A DNA stretch of 64,000 nucleotides from Verrucomicrobiia bacterium (GTDB lineage: Bacteria > Verrucomicrobiota > Verrucomicrobiia > Limisphaerales > UBA1319): positions 608,001 through 672,000 of the forward strand of contig OY760937.1 of NCBI GenBank assembly GCA_963664225.1, in the 5' to 3' direction. Under the pieces are notes generated by a model. It did no database searches, was not told where the DNA came from, and saw only the letters and a list, made by a program, of their open reading frames with translations. Shown here piece by piece: positions 28,347 through 38,751 of this stretch (positions within the stretch are counted from its first letter, which is position 1; every line of letters starts with the position of its first letter). The position numbers and the translations under genes were made by a program.

Positions 28347-29432
28347 ATGGAAAAGCGATTGAGTCGGTTTTTTTGGATGGGATGCGTGTCCGCCCTCGTG
28401 GTTGCGACGGGTCCGCAAGCGCAGGGCGCGGAAACGAACCTCTGGCCGGAATTTCGCGAAGTGTATGATTTGCTGCGCACCCATCTGGTTGGGGTCAGCG
28501 AGGCGGAGTTGAACCAAAAGGCGGTGGAGGGATTGCTGCAGCAGTTCAAATCCAGGGTGCTCATGGAAGGGGAGGGAGCGGCCCCGGGGGCTCATGTGGC
28601 CGCGGGCGCGCTGGCGGCGACCAATGTTTTCGAGAATGCGTATGGGTATGTGCGTGTTGGCGCGGTGGAGATCGGGCTCAAGGAGGGAATGGCCCAAACA
28701 TTGAATACTTTCAGGCAAACCAACGCCATCAAAGGATTGGTGATCGACCTGCGGTTTGCGGATGGAATGAACTATGCGGAGGCGGGGGCCGTGGCAGATC
28801 TGTTCGCGAATGGGGACAAGGTGTTGCTGAGTTTTGGAAAATCCACGGTGCGTTCCACGGAGAAAAAAGAAGCTTTCGGATTGCCGCTGATGATATTGGT
28901 CAACGGGCAGACAACGGGCGCGGCGGAGGCGCTGGCGGGCGCGTTGCGGCAAGCCACGTCTTCCATGTTGCTCGGTGCGCCCACGGCAGGCCGGGCATTT
29001 GTGTATCAGGAATACGCCCTGAGCCAGGGATCGAAATTGCTGCTGGCGGATGCGCCGGTGGTCTTTAGCGATGGAACGTCGATTTCCACATCGGGTTTGA
29101 AGCCGGACCTGGCCGTGGCGGTGCGGCCTGAGGATGAGCAGGCGTATTTGAGCGATCCCTTCAAGATGACCGCCAGAACGCCGGTGGCCTTGTTATCCGC
29201 GGTTGAAACGAGTGCGAGCGGGAAGACCGGGGCGACGAATCGCGCGGCGCGTCATCGCATCAATGAGGCGGATTTGGTGCGGATGCAGAAGGAGGGGGGA
29301 GGATCGGATACGGATGAATTTGTGGTCGCCACCGGGCCTCTGCCTCAGAGTCGGCTGCTGGTTCAGGACCCGGTATTGGCTCGGGCTCTGGATCTGCTGA
29401 AGGGGCTGGAAGTGTTGCGGAAAACGAAGTAG
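28347..29432 (+). CDS. S41 (CtpA-like) peptidase homolog, probably inactive
   Basis: Signal peptide; IDLR, LVNGQTTGAAEALAGAL, GLKPDL and DPVLARAL align to S41 motifs. Confidence 0.8.
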   Translation: MEKRLSRFFWMGCVSALVVATGPQAQGAETNLWPEFREVYDLLRTHLVGVSEAELNQKAVEGLLQQFKSRVLMEGEGAAPGAHVAAGALAATNVFENAYGYVRVGAVEIGLKEGMAQTLNTFRQTNAIKGLVIDLRFADGMNYAEAGAVADLFANGDKVLLSFGKSTVRSTEKKEAFGLPLMILVNGQTTGAAEALAGALRQATSSMLLGAPTAGRAFVYQEYALSQGSKLLLADAPVVFSDGTSISTSGLKPDLAVAVRPEDEQAYLSDPFKMTARTPVALLSAVETSASGKTGATNRAARHRINEADLVRMQKEGGGSDTDEFVVATGPLPQSRLLVQDPVLARALDLLKGLEVLRKTK

Positions 29433-29498
29433 GGAACCGATTTCATGGAGGGGCGGCAAGTATTGAGCCGACCCCTCAGGCAATCGTTTTGGGCGAAA

Positions 29499-29801
29499 TC
29501 AGAACGTGGGTCCGCGGTGGTTCTTATTCATCGTGATGCTGTCCTTGGGGCAAACCTCGATGCAATAGCCGCAGACGATGCATTGGTGCGGATGGAAGCT
29601 CCAGGTTTTGGTGGGCTTGCGGATGACGGTGATGGCATCGGTGGGGCATCGTTTTGCGCAAACGCCGCAGTAGGAGCAGTTCTCGGGGTTCATTTCGAGC
29701 ATGCCGCGGTTTCCGGCGAAAGGTTCGCGCGCCTCGAACGGATAGAGGCGGGTCACCGGCTTGTTCAACGAATTCCTCAGCAAATTTCTCAGCAGTTCCA
29801 T
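29499..29801 (-). CDS. echF: Ech hydrogenase 2[4Fe-4S] subunit
   Basis: CSYCGVCAKRCP and CIVCGYCIEVCP; NuoI-like N-terminus. Confidence 0.9.
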   Translation of the reverse strand: MELLRNLLRNSLNKPVTRLYPFEAREPFAGNRGMLEMNPENCSYCGVCAKRCPTDAITVIRKPTKTWSFHPHQCIVCGYCIEVCPKDSITMNKNHRGPTF

Positions 29802-29868
29802 AAAACGATCTCTGTAAAATCAATACCAATTCACTTGCGCCGACATCCCATGCCTGTGGCGCCAGGGA

Positions 29869-30948
29869 TTAACGTTCCGTGCAACTAATGCATGGATCGA
29901 TGGAAATCACGATCACGGGCACATCGGCCAATTGATAGCCCGGGAGCATGTGCAGCAGGGGCGGAATATTGGCAAACGTTGGGGTCCGGGCGCGGAAACG
30001 ATCCAGGTTCTTGGTTCCGTTGCCTTTGACAAAGAACATCAATTCGCCGCGGGGCTGTTCGATGCGGGCGGCGACCTCGCCGGTGGGGTTGCCTTTGACA
30101 GGGACGTTAAAAGGACCCTCGGGAAGCATTTTGATGGCTTTGTGGACCAGATCCGCGGATTGATCCAGCTCACGCAAGCGGATCATCATGCGGGCGTAGC
30201 AATCGCCGGCTGTTTCGATGATCGGTTCGAAGGCGAGATCCTTGTAAGCGGCATAGCCGGTCTGGCGCAGGTCCATGACCAGGCCGCTGGCTTTGGCCAC
30301 CGGACCGACAGCGCCCAGTTCCATGGCTTTCTCCGTGGAGAGAACGCCCACGCCGATCAAACGTTTTTTGACGGTGTAATCGTCGGCAAAGGCGGGACGC
30401 AGGTCCTTCAACTGTTGGAAAACGCGGTCCAGGGCCTTATGGACTTCACTGAGCATTTCCGCCGGGATGTCCTTGCGCACGCCGCCGATGCAGCAGGTGG
30501 TGAGCAGGATGCGGTTTCCGGCGGTCATTTCCATGACATCGATGATGTCCTCGCGGCAGCGCATGCACTGCATGAAGAGGTTTTCGAAGCCAAAGGAGTC
30601 CGCCAGCAGGCCCAAAAAGAGCAGGTGACTGTGCATCCGGTGGAGTTCCGCCCAGATGACACGCAGGAAACGGGCGCGATCCGGGATGGTGATATCCATG
30701 AGGGTTTCGATGCCCTGGCAGTAATTCATGGCGTGCATGAAACTGCAGATGCCGCAAATGCGCTCGACGATATAAACGTCCTGAATGAAATCCCTTTGTT
30801 CGGCGAGTTTTTCCAGACCGCGATGGACGTAGCCAATGGCCGGGAGGGCTTCAATGACCTTCTCATCTTCGAGGACCAGACGGAGCTGGATCGGCTCGGG
30901 GAAAACCGGATGTTGCGGGCCGAAGGGGATGACGGTGCGGCGGCTCAT
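29869..30948 (-). CDS. echE: Ech [NiFe] hydrogenase large subunit
   Basis: GPQHP, GYVHRGLE, L1 RICGICS and L2 DPCISCTER with no C-terminal extension. Confidence 0.95.
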   Translation of the reverse strand: MSRRTVIPFGPQHPVFPEPIQLRLVLEDEKVIEALPAIGYVHRGLEKLAEQRDFIQDVYIVERICGICSFMHAMNYCQGIETLMDITIPDRARFLRVIWAELHRMHSHLLFLGLLADSFGFENLFMQCMRCREDIIDVMEMTAGNRILLTTCCIGGVRKDIPAEMLSEVHKALDRVFQQLKDLRPAFADDYTVKKRLIGVGVLSTEKAMELGAVGPVAKASGLVMDLRQTGYAAYKDLAFEPIIETAGDCYARMMIRLRELDQSADLVHKAIKMLPEGPFNVPVKGNPTGEVAARIEQPRGELMFFVKGNGTKNLDRFRARTPTFANIPPLLHMLPGYQLADVPVIVISIDPCISCTER

Positions 30949-31367
30949 GCGGCACCTCCTTTCACGGCCGGGGCGGCGGCTGGCGCGGCAGCGGGAACAC
31001 GGGCGTCAATATCCATGCCGCAACGTTTGTTCATTGGGGCGCGGGGGGCGTCCTCGGTCAGGACGAGGCGTCCCTGAAAATCAATCGAGAGACCGGAAAT
31101 GGCGATGCCGAAATGGTCTTTAATTTCGTTTTCCACAATCATGGCTGCGGGGTAGAGGCTGCAAATGCTGGGGAGCGTGGCGCCTTCGGCCAGGTGCAGG
31201 CGGAAGTGCGACATTTGATATTTTTTGTCGAAATGATAAAGAATGTCGTGGCCATCGCCGGTATGAACGCAGGTCATGGTGACGAGGCGGCATCCCTGCT
31301 GGCGCATTTGGGCGGCCTGGCCCATGAGATTCTCCAAAGTGACTTCGGTGGCGGTGAGTGTGCTCAT
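30945..31367 (-). CDS. echD: Ech hydrogenase NuoC-like subunit
   Basis: RLVTMTC, LYHFD, LPSICSLYPAAMIVENEIKDHFG; position in the operon. Confidence 0.9.
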   Translation of the reverse strand: MSTLTATEVTLENLMGQAAQMRQQGCRLVTMTCVHTGDGHDILYHFDKKYQMSHFRLHLAEGATLPSICSLYPAAMIVENEIKDHFGIAISGLSIDFQGRLVLTEDAPRAPMNKRCGMDIDARVPAAAPAAAPAVKGGAA

Positions 31368-31912
31368 GCGATTTTCTGGTTCAATGGGGCGGCAGGGACG
31401 GCATCCGCAGGGGCTGGGGCTGGTTTTGGGGCCTCCGGCGGTGCGGTAAAGGAGATGGTTTCCTGATGAGGAGTCGTTACGGCAATATTGCGGCGTTTTT
31501 CATCGAGCTTGCGGGCGGCTTGAAGGATGCCGTCAATCATGGCTTCAGGGCGGGCGGGGCAACCGGGCACAAAGACATCGACGGGGATGACCTTTTCGAT
31601 GCCGCCGAGGACGTTGTAGCATTCCTTGAAGATGCCGCCTGTGGCCGCGCAAACTCCCAGGGCGACGACGGCCTTTGGCTCGGGCATCTGGTCATAGACG
31701 TTTTTGAGGACGCGAGCATTACGGTGGTTGACCGAGCCGGTGACCAGCAGCACATCGGCATGCTTGGGATTGCCCACATGGACGATGCCGAAGCGTTCCA
31801 AATCGTAGAGCGGGGAGAGACAGGCGAGCATTTCAATGTCGCAACCGTTGCAGCTATTACAATTGAAATGCACCACCCAGGGTGACTTCTCAAACCTAAC
31901 CTGATTTTTCAT
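31364..31912 (-). CDS. echC: Ech hydrogenase small subunit (NuoB-like)
   Basis: SCNGCDIE, NPKHADVLLVTG, GVCA, VPGCPARPEA. Confidence 0.93.
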   Translation of the reverse strand: MKNQVRFEKSPWVVHFNCNSCNGCDIEMLACLSPLYDLERFGIVHVGNPKHADVLLVTGSVNHRNARVLKNVYDQMPEPKAVVALGVCAATGGIFKECYNVLGGIEKVIPVDVFVPGCPARPEAMIDGILQAARKLDEKRRNIAVTTPHQETISFTAPPEAPKPAPAPADAVPAAPLNQKIA

Positions 31913-31942
31913 GGGATCAAAAATAAGCGCCAAAAACAATTT

Positions 31943-32794
31943 TTAACGCCAATACAGCCAGACAATGTTCGTGAGAGCCAAGCCAAGAACCACCGTCCAC
32001 ATGAATCGGAACATCCAGAAGGTCGTCAATCGGGCGCACAAATTATCGGCAACTATAGTTAACACAAATACCACGGCCATCAAGACAAAGGCGATGGCCA
32101 GGTGCGGGGTCCAGAAAAGGCCCACCAAAGCCAGGAAGAACGCGGCTTCGTAGCAATGGGCGATTTCAATCAAGCCCAGATATGGACCCGCAAACTCGAG
32201 GGTGACGCCTTTAACGATTTCCTGATGGGCGTGATGGGAGGTCGCCAAGTCGAAGGGCGATTTTTGGAATTTGATCATCACCACGGTCAAATAGGCCAGA
32301 AACAGGAGGGGCATGGAGAGCAGCAGGGGCTTGCTGGAATCATAGATGGACTGGATCTGGAAATTGCCGTTGATGAGATAAAAACCGATGACCATGAGGA
32401 TGAGGATCGGTTCATAGGCGACCATCATGACAATTTCGCGCTGGCTGCCGATGCGGCTGAAGGGCGAACGCACGCTCATGCCGCCCAGCACGAGGGACAG
32501 GGAGGCGAAGGCCAGAATGAAGAGGAGCATCAGGCTGTCCTGCCCCATGGCCAGCATGAAGGTCGAGAGGACCATCAGCATGAGGTGCAGGATGGCGTAA
32601 GTCACCTGGATGCGGTTGACGACCACCGGCTCCTTGCGCATCAGCTTGAGGATGTCGTAGAAAGGCTGGAGCAGGGGCGGACCCACGCGGCTCTGCATGC
32701 GAGCGGTAATAACGCGGTCAAGGCCGCGAATAAAGCCACCAATAACGGGCGCCAAAACAACGGCGCCCAAGGCCAGACTCACCTTGGAATTCAT
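31943..32794 (-). CDS. echB: Ech hydrogenase membrane subunit (NuoH-like)
   Basis: RVITARMQSRVGPPLLQPFYDILKL, PFDL...HQEIVKG...EFAGP. Confidence 0.93.
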   Translation of the reverse strand: MNSKVSLALGAVVLAPVIGGFIRGLDRVITARMQSRVGPPLLQPFYDILKLMRKEPVVVNRIQVTYAILHLMLMVLSTFMLAMGQDSLMLLFILAFASLSLVLGGMSVRSPFSRIGSQREIVMMVAYEPILILMVIGFYLINGNFQIQSIYDSSKPLLLSMPLLFLAYLTVVMIKFQKSPFDLATSHHAHQEIVKGVTLEFAGPYLGLIEIAHCYEAAFFLALVGLFWTPHLAIAFVLMAVVFVLTIVADNLCARLTTFWMFRFMWTVVLGLALTNIVWLYWR

Positions 32795-34719
32795 ATCAGG
32801 CTAATGCGTGCGAAGAAACTAATGAGAATGAGGAATGCCACCGGATTGGCCCAGCGAGTGATTATTGTTTCACCGAACCACGGTGCGAAATAGTAACTGG
32901 TCACCTGCGCGGTATTTTTACCGTCCATCAAGCTGCGGAATTCGAAGCTTTTCGATTCGGAACCGACATTTTCACCGCAGAGGAAGGGCAGGCGGACCTG
33001 GGTTTTACGCCAGGTAACGATGGAGGCCAGGCCGACGATGGCGACAATGGCCAGGATGGGATACATGGCCCAGCTCATGTAGTCATCGACGGTTTTCATG
33101 AGGGCTTCGGAGCCTGGTTGGGCGGTGACATTGGCCAGGGCGTTTATCGCGATGGGTTGGAGCCAATTCTTATACACGGCCATGGAAGCCGCGCCGGAGA
33201 TGACCACCGCCGTTGCCAGAAGAACCAGGGCGGCCCTCATGGTATTGGGCATGGATTCAATGGTGTAATGGTCGTGATACGAGGTGGTGGTGATGCGGCC
33301 CATCCATTTGGCCCAGAAAAAGACCGTCAACGCGCTGCCCAGGATGAAGAGCATGACAACCACCGGAGTGTGGGCAGCGGCCACGATGGCCATCCACTTG
33401 CCCACCAGCATGCCGAAGGGCGGGGCCATCATCGAGATCATGCCGACAATGGCGATGGTGGTGGTCATGGGCATTTTAAACATGATGCCGGCCATGTCAT
33501 CGATGTTGCGGCTGCCGATCTGCTGTTCGATGGTGCCGACGCACAGGAAGAGCAGGGCTTTGGAAATCGCGTGATAAACCAGGATGATCAGGGCCGCGGT
33601 ATAAGCCAGCGGCGAATTAATGCCCGCGCAGGCGACGATCAAGCCCAGGTTGGCGATGGTCGAGTAAGCGAGCACTTTCTTGGCGTTGTTCTGGCTGATG
33701 GCAATGGCCGAAGTAATGGCGAAGGTAAATCCGCCGGCCAGGGCGACCAGGAGCGCCAATGGGGTGTCCTGAAACGCGGGCGCCAGGCGCAGGACCAGGT
33801 AGGAACCGGCTTTGACCATCGTGCTCGAGTGGAGCAGGGCCGAAACGGGTGTCGGGGCCACCATCGCGCCCAGGAGCCAGCTTTGGAAGGGCAGTTGGGC
33901 GGATTTGGTAAAGGCGGCGATGAGCAGCAAAAGGATCGGGAGAAGAAGGGTTATGGGCGATGCGGTATGAATCATCCCGCTGATAGTGCCGTTGCCGCCC
34001 TCATGCGCGAACGCCACCGCCGCAGCGGTCATGGCGACGCCGCCGATCATGTTGATCACCAACGCGCGCCGGGCATTCTGGCGGGCTTCCGTGGTGCGAT
34101 CATGACCGATCAGGAAGAAGGAGCAAAGCGTGGTGCATTCCCAGAAGATCGACAACCATTTCAGGCTGTCGGTGAGCACCAAACCGTTCATCAGGCCGAG
34201 GAAACCGGTAAGAAAGAAGAAAAAGCGGCCATTGGTGGCGGCTGTGGATGGCGCATGGTGCTCGTGGCGGTGCATGTAGCCAATACCGAAGACCACGATG
34301 GTCGAGCCGACCAGAGTGATGATCAGAATGAGCACGGTGGACAGGGAATCCAGCACGAAGCCCGCACCGGCATGTTCGGCCCCGCCGTGGAACAATTCAT
34401 ATACGGCCATGGCGAATTGGAGCACCGTCATGCCGACCACAGTCCAGATGCGAAAACGAATGCCGATTGTCGCGACTGTGGCGATGACGCCAAATTCCAG
34501 CACGGTGGCGAGATGGCCCGCCCAAGGCCCGGCTTCAAAGACAAACGGTCCTCCCCGGGCCAGCAATATGCCCAGCGATGCGGTCAGCACCGCGGCGGTC
34601 ATGACGATTACATTGCGTATTCGCTCCGCGCGCACCGCCCAGGCCGCCATCCCCAAGAGGATGGGCCCGGCAATGATCGCCAGCAATACGCCCGATTGAA
34701 ATTCAGAGCCTGTCAACAT
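32791..34719 (-). CDS. echA: Ech hydrogenase antiporter-like subunit (NuoL/MrpA-like)
   Basis: FWECTTLCSFFLIG, TKSAQLPFQSWLLGAMVAPTPVSALLHSSTMVKAG, KKVLAYST. Confidence 0.93.
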   Translation of the reverse strand: MLTGSEFQSGVLLAIIAGPILLGMAAWAVRAERIRNVIVMTAAVLTASLGILLARGGPFVFEAGPWAGHLATVLEFGVIATVATIGIRFRIWTVVGMTVLQFAMAVYELFHGGAEHAGAGFVLDSLSTVLILIITLVGSTIVVFGIGYMHRHEHHAPSTAATNGRFFFFLTGFLGLMNGLVLTDSLKWLSIFWECTTLCSFFLIGHDRTTEARQNARRALVINMIGGVAMTAAAVAFAHEGGNGTISGMIHTASPITLLLPILLLLIAAFTKSAQLPFQSWLLGAMVAPTPVSALLHSSTMVKAGSYLVLRLAPAFQDTPLALLVALAGGFTFAITSAIAISQNNAKKVLAYSTIANLGLIVACAGINSPLAYTAALIILVYHAISKALLFLCVGTIEQQIGSRNIDDMAGIMFKMPMTTTIAIVGMISMMAPPFGMLVGKWMAIVAAAHTPVVVMLFILGSALTVFFWAKWMGRITTTSYHDHYTIESMPNTMRAALVLLATAVVISGAASMAVYKNWLQPIAINALANVTAQPGSEALMKTVDDYMSWAMYPILAIVAIVGLASIVTWRKTQVRLPFLCGENVGSESKSFEFRSLMDGKNTAQVTSYYFAPWFGETIITRWANPVAFLILISFFARISLI

Positions 34720-35183
34720 CAGTCACCTGCGCAAAAGCCATTAAAATTGGCCAACTCGGGTTCAGATTCAATAGAAATTTGCATATTTTTTGATTATGCT
34801 CATCAGCTTCCGGGGGTTGGAACGATTGTAATAAATTGGCATGCAGATACATGTAGCGTATTTTATCCGAACAATGAGGGTATAAAAATAATAATCAAAA
34901 CTAATGTATCGCGCTAAAATACGGGCTCTTTTTAATTTTGTGATGGGAAACCAAGTTTAATGTGGATGATTAGAAAATAAGAACAATCCGGGGAAGGGGA
35001 AAAGGGAAGAATGGATACGTGACAATGGACCCGAAGATGCCGCCGCGTGGACTGGGCTGGATGGGGATGCGGGATTTGATTCAACGCCGGGACGCAGCCG
35101 CGTCGGACCGCAAGTCGAGAACCGCAAAGCGGAACTGGATTCGCGATCAGACGTTGGCGCAGTTTCCTATTGTCCGGCTGGGA

Positions 35184-35270
35184 TCAGCGTCCGCGTCTGT
35201 TGTAGAAGAAGCCGCCGCCGCCCAACAATAGCACCAGCACTACAATGATTAAGATGGTTTCGTTTGACAT
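35184..35270 (-). CDS. small single-TM peptide (28 aa)
   Basis: Manual translation MSNETILIIVVLVLLLGGGGFFYNRRGR*; too short for the ORF track. Confidence 0.7.
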   Translation of the reverse strand: MSNETILIIVVLVLLLGGGGFFYNRRGR

Positions 35271-35666
35271 ATATTCCAAACGTATGACTTGTGGTGGCTT
35301 CGCGAAATGGGGTGTTCACCCCACAAGTTTGTTGACCAGGCGGTTTCGGTGCGGTGTCGGGGGCTGGCGCAAGGAAAGAAGAATGGATAATTGAAAATGG
35401 ACAATGGACAATGGAATTGAAAAATGCATTGACGTACGCCATAATCCATGCTTTCTCCAAAAGGAGAATGAGAAGTATTGCGGGTTCTGGGTTTGTTGAA
35501 CGGTTTGAGGGATGCCGCCGCGCCGGACTTAATGCCCCACGCCGCCCTTGCCCGGCTCGTCCGGTTCTGGCTTTTACCAGGTTCCTGAGTTTTGTTCTGT
35601 GCCGTCGAATTCAATCGATGGCGATTTCGAATTGCCATTGCGGAAATTTGCGCAATTATTCTGTCC

Positions 35667-36830
35667 ATGAGTAAGACGAGCGCCGCAAAGGCGAAACTGG
35701 CGAAATTTCCCCGGCTGAATCCTTCGGGTTTGACGAAGAGTGTTTCGGTCGCGGATTTGATGGATAAGACTTTTCTGGCGTACAACGCGGGGCGACTGCG
35801 CGAGGCGGCGCAGTTGTTGACGCGGAAGATGCTGCCGAAGGACGGGTATATCGGCATGAGCCTGACCGGGGCGCTGACGCCGGCGGGGCTGGGAAAATCC
35901 TGCCTTATTCCGATGATGAAGGCTGGGTTTGTGGATTGGATTGTCTCGACCGGGGCCAATTTGTATCACGATCTTCATTACGGGCTGGACTTGAAGTTGT
36001 ACGCGGGGTCGCCGTTTCTGGACGATGTGCAGTTGCGCCAGGACGGGGTGATCCGGATTTACGATATTCTGTTCGATTACGATGTGTTGCTGGATACGGA
36101 CGCGTTTGTGCGGGAGGTGATTCAGGCGCCGGAGTTCCAGCGGACGATGGGGACGGACGAGTTTCATTATATTTTCGGCAAATACGTGCATGAACGGGAG
36201 AAACGGCTGGGGATCACGGATTGTTCGGTGCTGGGCGCGGCGTATCGGTATGGGATTCCGGTGTTCACGAGCAGTCCCGGGGATAGTTCGATCGGCATGA
36301 ATCTGGCGGCGATGTCGCTGCGGGATTCGAAGTTGCTGCTGGATGTGAACCGGGATGTGAACCAGACGGCGGCGATTGTGTATGATGCCAAGTCGAGCAA
36401 GCACACGTCGTCGGTATTCATATTGGGCGGGGGTTCGCCGAAGAATTTCATGCTGCAAACGGAGCCGCAAATCCAGGAGGTGATGGGGATTCCCGAGCGC
36501 GGGCACGATTATTTCCTGCAGGTCACGGACGCGCGACCGGACACGGGCGGTTTGAGCGGGGCAACGCCTTCTGAAGCCGTGAGTTGGGGGAAGGTGGATC
36601 CGGAGAATCTGCCGGATTGCGTGGTGGCGTATGTGGATACGACGGTGGCGCTTCCGCTGTTGGCCAGCTATTGCCTGAGCCGTCACCCGGCGCGCAAGCA
36701 GAAGCGTCTTTACGATCGCCGCGATGCGATGTTTGGAGCGATCAAAGCCCAGTATTTAAAGCATGGTTCGGTGGATAAAATCGAGCCCAAACGAAAACCG
36801 GCATCGGGTCGAGCGCAAAAGAAAGGTTAA
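35667..36830 (+). CDS. deoxyhypusine synthase-like protein (probable homospermidine synthase)
   Basis: [39 protein letters not shown] with the active-site Lys. Confidence 0.9.
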   Translation: MSKTSAAKAKLAKFPRLNPSGLTKSVSVADLMDKTFLAYNAGRLREAAQLLTRKMLPKDGYIGMSLTGALTPAGLGKSCLIPMMKAGFVDWIVSTGANLYHDLHYGLDLKLYAGSPFLDDVQLRQDGVIRIYDILFDYDVLLDTDAFVREVIQAPEFQRTMGTDEFHYIFGKYVHEREKRLGITDCSVLGAAYRYGIPVFTSSPGDSSIGMNLAAMSLRDSKLLLDVNRDVNQTAAIVYDAKSSKHTSSVFILGGGSPKNFMLQTEPQIQEVMGIPERGHDYFLQVTDARPDTGGLSGATPSEAVSWGKVDPENLPDCVVAYVDTTVALPLLASYCLSRHPARKQKRLYDRRDAMFGAIKAQYLKHGSVDKIEPKRKPASGRAQKKG

Positions 36831-36917
36831 GCCGCGCTTGCAATTCGATCCGGTTCTTATCATTCTGGAAAAAATCAATGTCACAGCCGGGCGGTTGTCC
36901 GGTGAACATAAAAACAA

Positions 36918-38735
36918 ATGAGCAACGTGCCAGATAGTAACTTTGACCTCGAGACGCTGTTCCTGCCCGCATGGGCGCAGAAGTCCGCATCGGTTAATCA
37001 GTTTGCTAATTTTAACGGCGATACGGAAGGTGGCGATCGACGCCGTTTCCGTGGCGGTGATCAGCGTTCAGACCGTGGACCACGACGGGGGCCTCCCGGC
37101 GGCGGCGGCGGTGGTGGCGGACGCGGACAGGGTCAGGGCGGGGGACGCAGCCAGGGCGGTCAGGGCGGTTTCAACCGCGGGCCTCGTCCAGGTGGCGCGC
37201 CGCAAGGCCGATTCGCCGAGGAACGCCGCGAGCGCGAGCCAGAGGTGCAGTTGCCGCAGATCGAGACTTCGATCCTGCCTGAGGAAAAGGGAGTGGAATC
37301 CCTGGCGCGACAGATCAAGCTCACGGGCCGCGCCTATCCGCTTTTTGACATTGGTCATCTGATTTTGAAGAAGCCTGAACGCTACAATGTGGAGTTCAAG
37401 GTCATCAAGAAGGCGGACGGACAAGTGGCGCAGACGATGGTGCTGTGCTCGCTGGACGAAACGCTGTGGCTGTCCGAGACGGACGCGATGAACCACATTC
37501 TGGACCGGCATTTCGGGACTTTCTACCAATCGGAGAAGATTCCGTCCGATCCGCCCAAGGGAGTGTTCACCTTCGTGGCGCAATGCGGCATCAGCGGGAC
37601 GGTGCTGGGGCCGCCGAATTATCACGATTACCAGACCAAGCTGCGCAAGCTTCATACGGAGCGTTTTCACAACATGCCTTTCGAGATGTTCAAGGCGCGT
37701 GTGAAGATTGTGAAGGACGAGGCGGTGGTCAAGAAATGGGTGGAAGACCAGAGTTTCAAGACGGAGTACATCTGCCTGAACGTGCCGGAGGCCCTGCGCC
37801 TGACGAGCCGCGAAGAGGTGGAGAACCATTTCCGCGCGACGCATCTGGCGACCGTGGTTCAAAAGCTGGAGACCTACACTTTGAATGGTGTGGCCGCGCG
37901 GGCATTGCCTTACGGTCCTTTTGCGGCGCTTGCACGGCGCGCCTTCGAGGAGCAACGCCGGTTTCCGTTGAGGGTTGTGACGGCGCTGAGCCAGTCCTTT
38001 GCGCATCACGGGCTGCAATTCTTCAAGGTGGACAAGACTGTCACGCATGTGGCGGTATCGCGGCCGCACTTCCTGGATGTCAATGTGACCCCGGTGTCCA
38101 CTGGCGTGAAGGCGGTTCTGAACTTCATCGACACCCACGCGAACACGACTCGCAAGAAACTGGTGGAAGCACTGGCTCCCACACCTGCGGCGGCAAAACC
38201 GGCGGCTCCTGTGGCCCCTGTTGCTCCCGCTGTTCCGGCACCTGTGGCCGTTGCTCCTGTTGCTCCTGTTGAAGGCGCGGAAGCCGCTGCTGCAAGTGAA
38301 ACGCCTGCGGCTCCGGCGGCACCGGTCGCGCCTGTGCCGACCGCTCCTGAAGCGCCTGCACTGACAGCGGCGCAAAGCGCGGTGATCGGGGATTTGCATT
38401 GGCTCATTCACCAGGGGCACGTCATCGAGTTTGCCAATGGTGTGCTCGAGACGGCGAAGCAGCCCGCGCCACGGCCGCCGAAACCGGCGCCCAAGGTTCA
38501 GGCCCAACCCAAGGAGAAACCCGCTGTTGAAGGCGCAGCCGCCACACCTGCGGTTGCCCCCGAGGTGGCTGCTGTTGCAGCCGCTGAAGTGGCCGCTCCG
38601 GCAACTCCGGTTGTCGTGGAAGCCGCGGCTCCGGTCGCGGAGGCACCTGTTACACCTGTTGCACCGGTCACGCCTGCAAGCGAGACTCCGGCGCCGACCC
38701 CAACGACTGCTGGCGAACAGCCCGCCGCCCAATAA
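36918..38735 (+). CDS. hypothetical protein with an RG/G-rich N-terminus and Ala/Pro-rich linkers
   Basis: 605-aa ORF with strong codon bias and a globular core at about aa 110-420; followed by a terminator. Confidence 0.85.
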   Translation: MSNVPDSNFDLETLFLPAWAQKSASVNQFANFNGDTEGGDRRRFRGGDQRSDRGPRRGPPGGGGGGGGRGQGQGGGRSQGGQGGFNRGPRPGGAPQGRFAEERREREPEVQLPQIETSILPEEKGVESLARQIKLTGRAYPLFDIGHLILKKPERYNVEFKVIKKADGQVAQTMVLCSLDETLWLSETDAMNHILDRHFGTFYQSEKIPSDPPKGVFTFVAQCGISGTVLGPPNYHDYQTKLRKLHTERFHNMPFEMFKARVKIVKDEAVVKKWVEDQSFKTEYICLNVPEALRLTSREEVENHFRATHLATVVQKLETYTLNGVAARALPYGPFAALARRAFEEQRRFPLRVVTALSQSFAHHGLQFFKVDKTVTHVAVSRPHFLDVNVTPVSTGVKAVLNFIDTHANTTRKKLVEALAPTPAAAKPAAPVAPVAPAVPAPVAVAPVAPVEGAEAAAASETPAAPAAPVAPVPTAPEAPALTAAQSAVIGDLHWLIHQGHVIEFANGVLETAKQPAPRPPKPAPKVQAQPKEKPAVEGAAATPAVAPEVAAVAAAEVAAPATPVVVEAAAPVAEAPVTPVAPVTPASETPAPTPTTAGEQPAAQ

Positions 38736-38751
38736 GGTTAAGAAGATTCAA

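Noticed and set aside
33118..34917. 599-aa plus-strand ORF (also 29932-31077)
   Set aside because: Antisense shadow of echA and echE in GC-rich DNA, with no recognisable motifs.
34720..34960. FNR, Rex or sigma-54 site upstream of echA
   Set aside because: The region is AT-rich and promoter-like, but only half-sites match (TTGAT, TTGTGA).
37068..38732. 554-aa minus-strand Arg-rich ORF (likewise 27648-28952 and 44181-45776)
   Set aside because: Antisense shadows of well-supported plus-strand genes.
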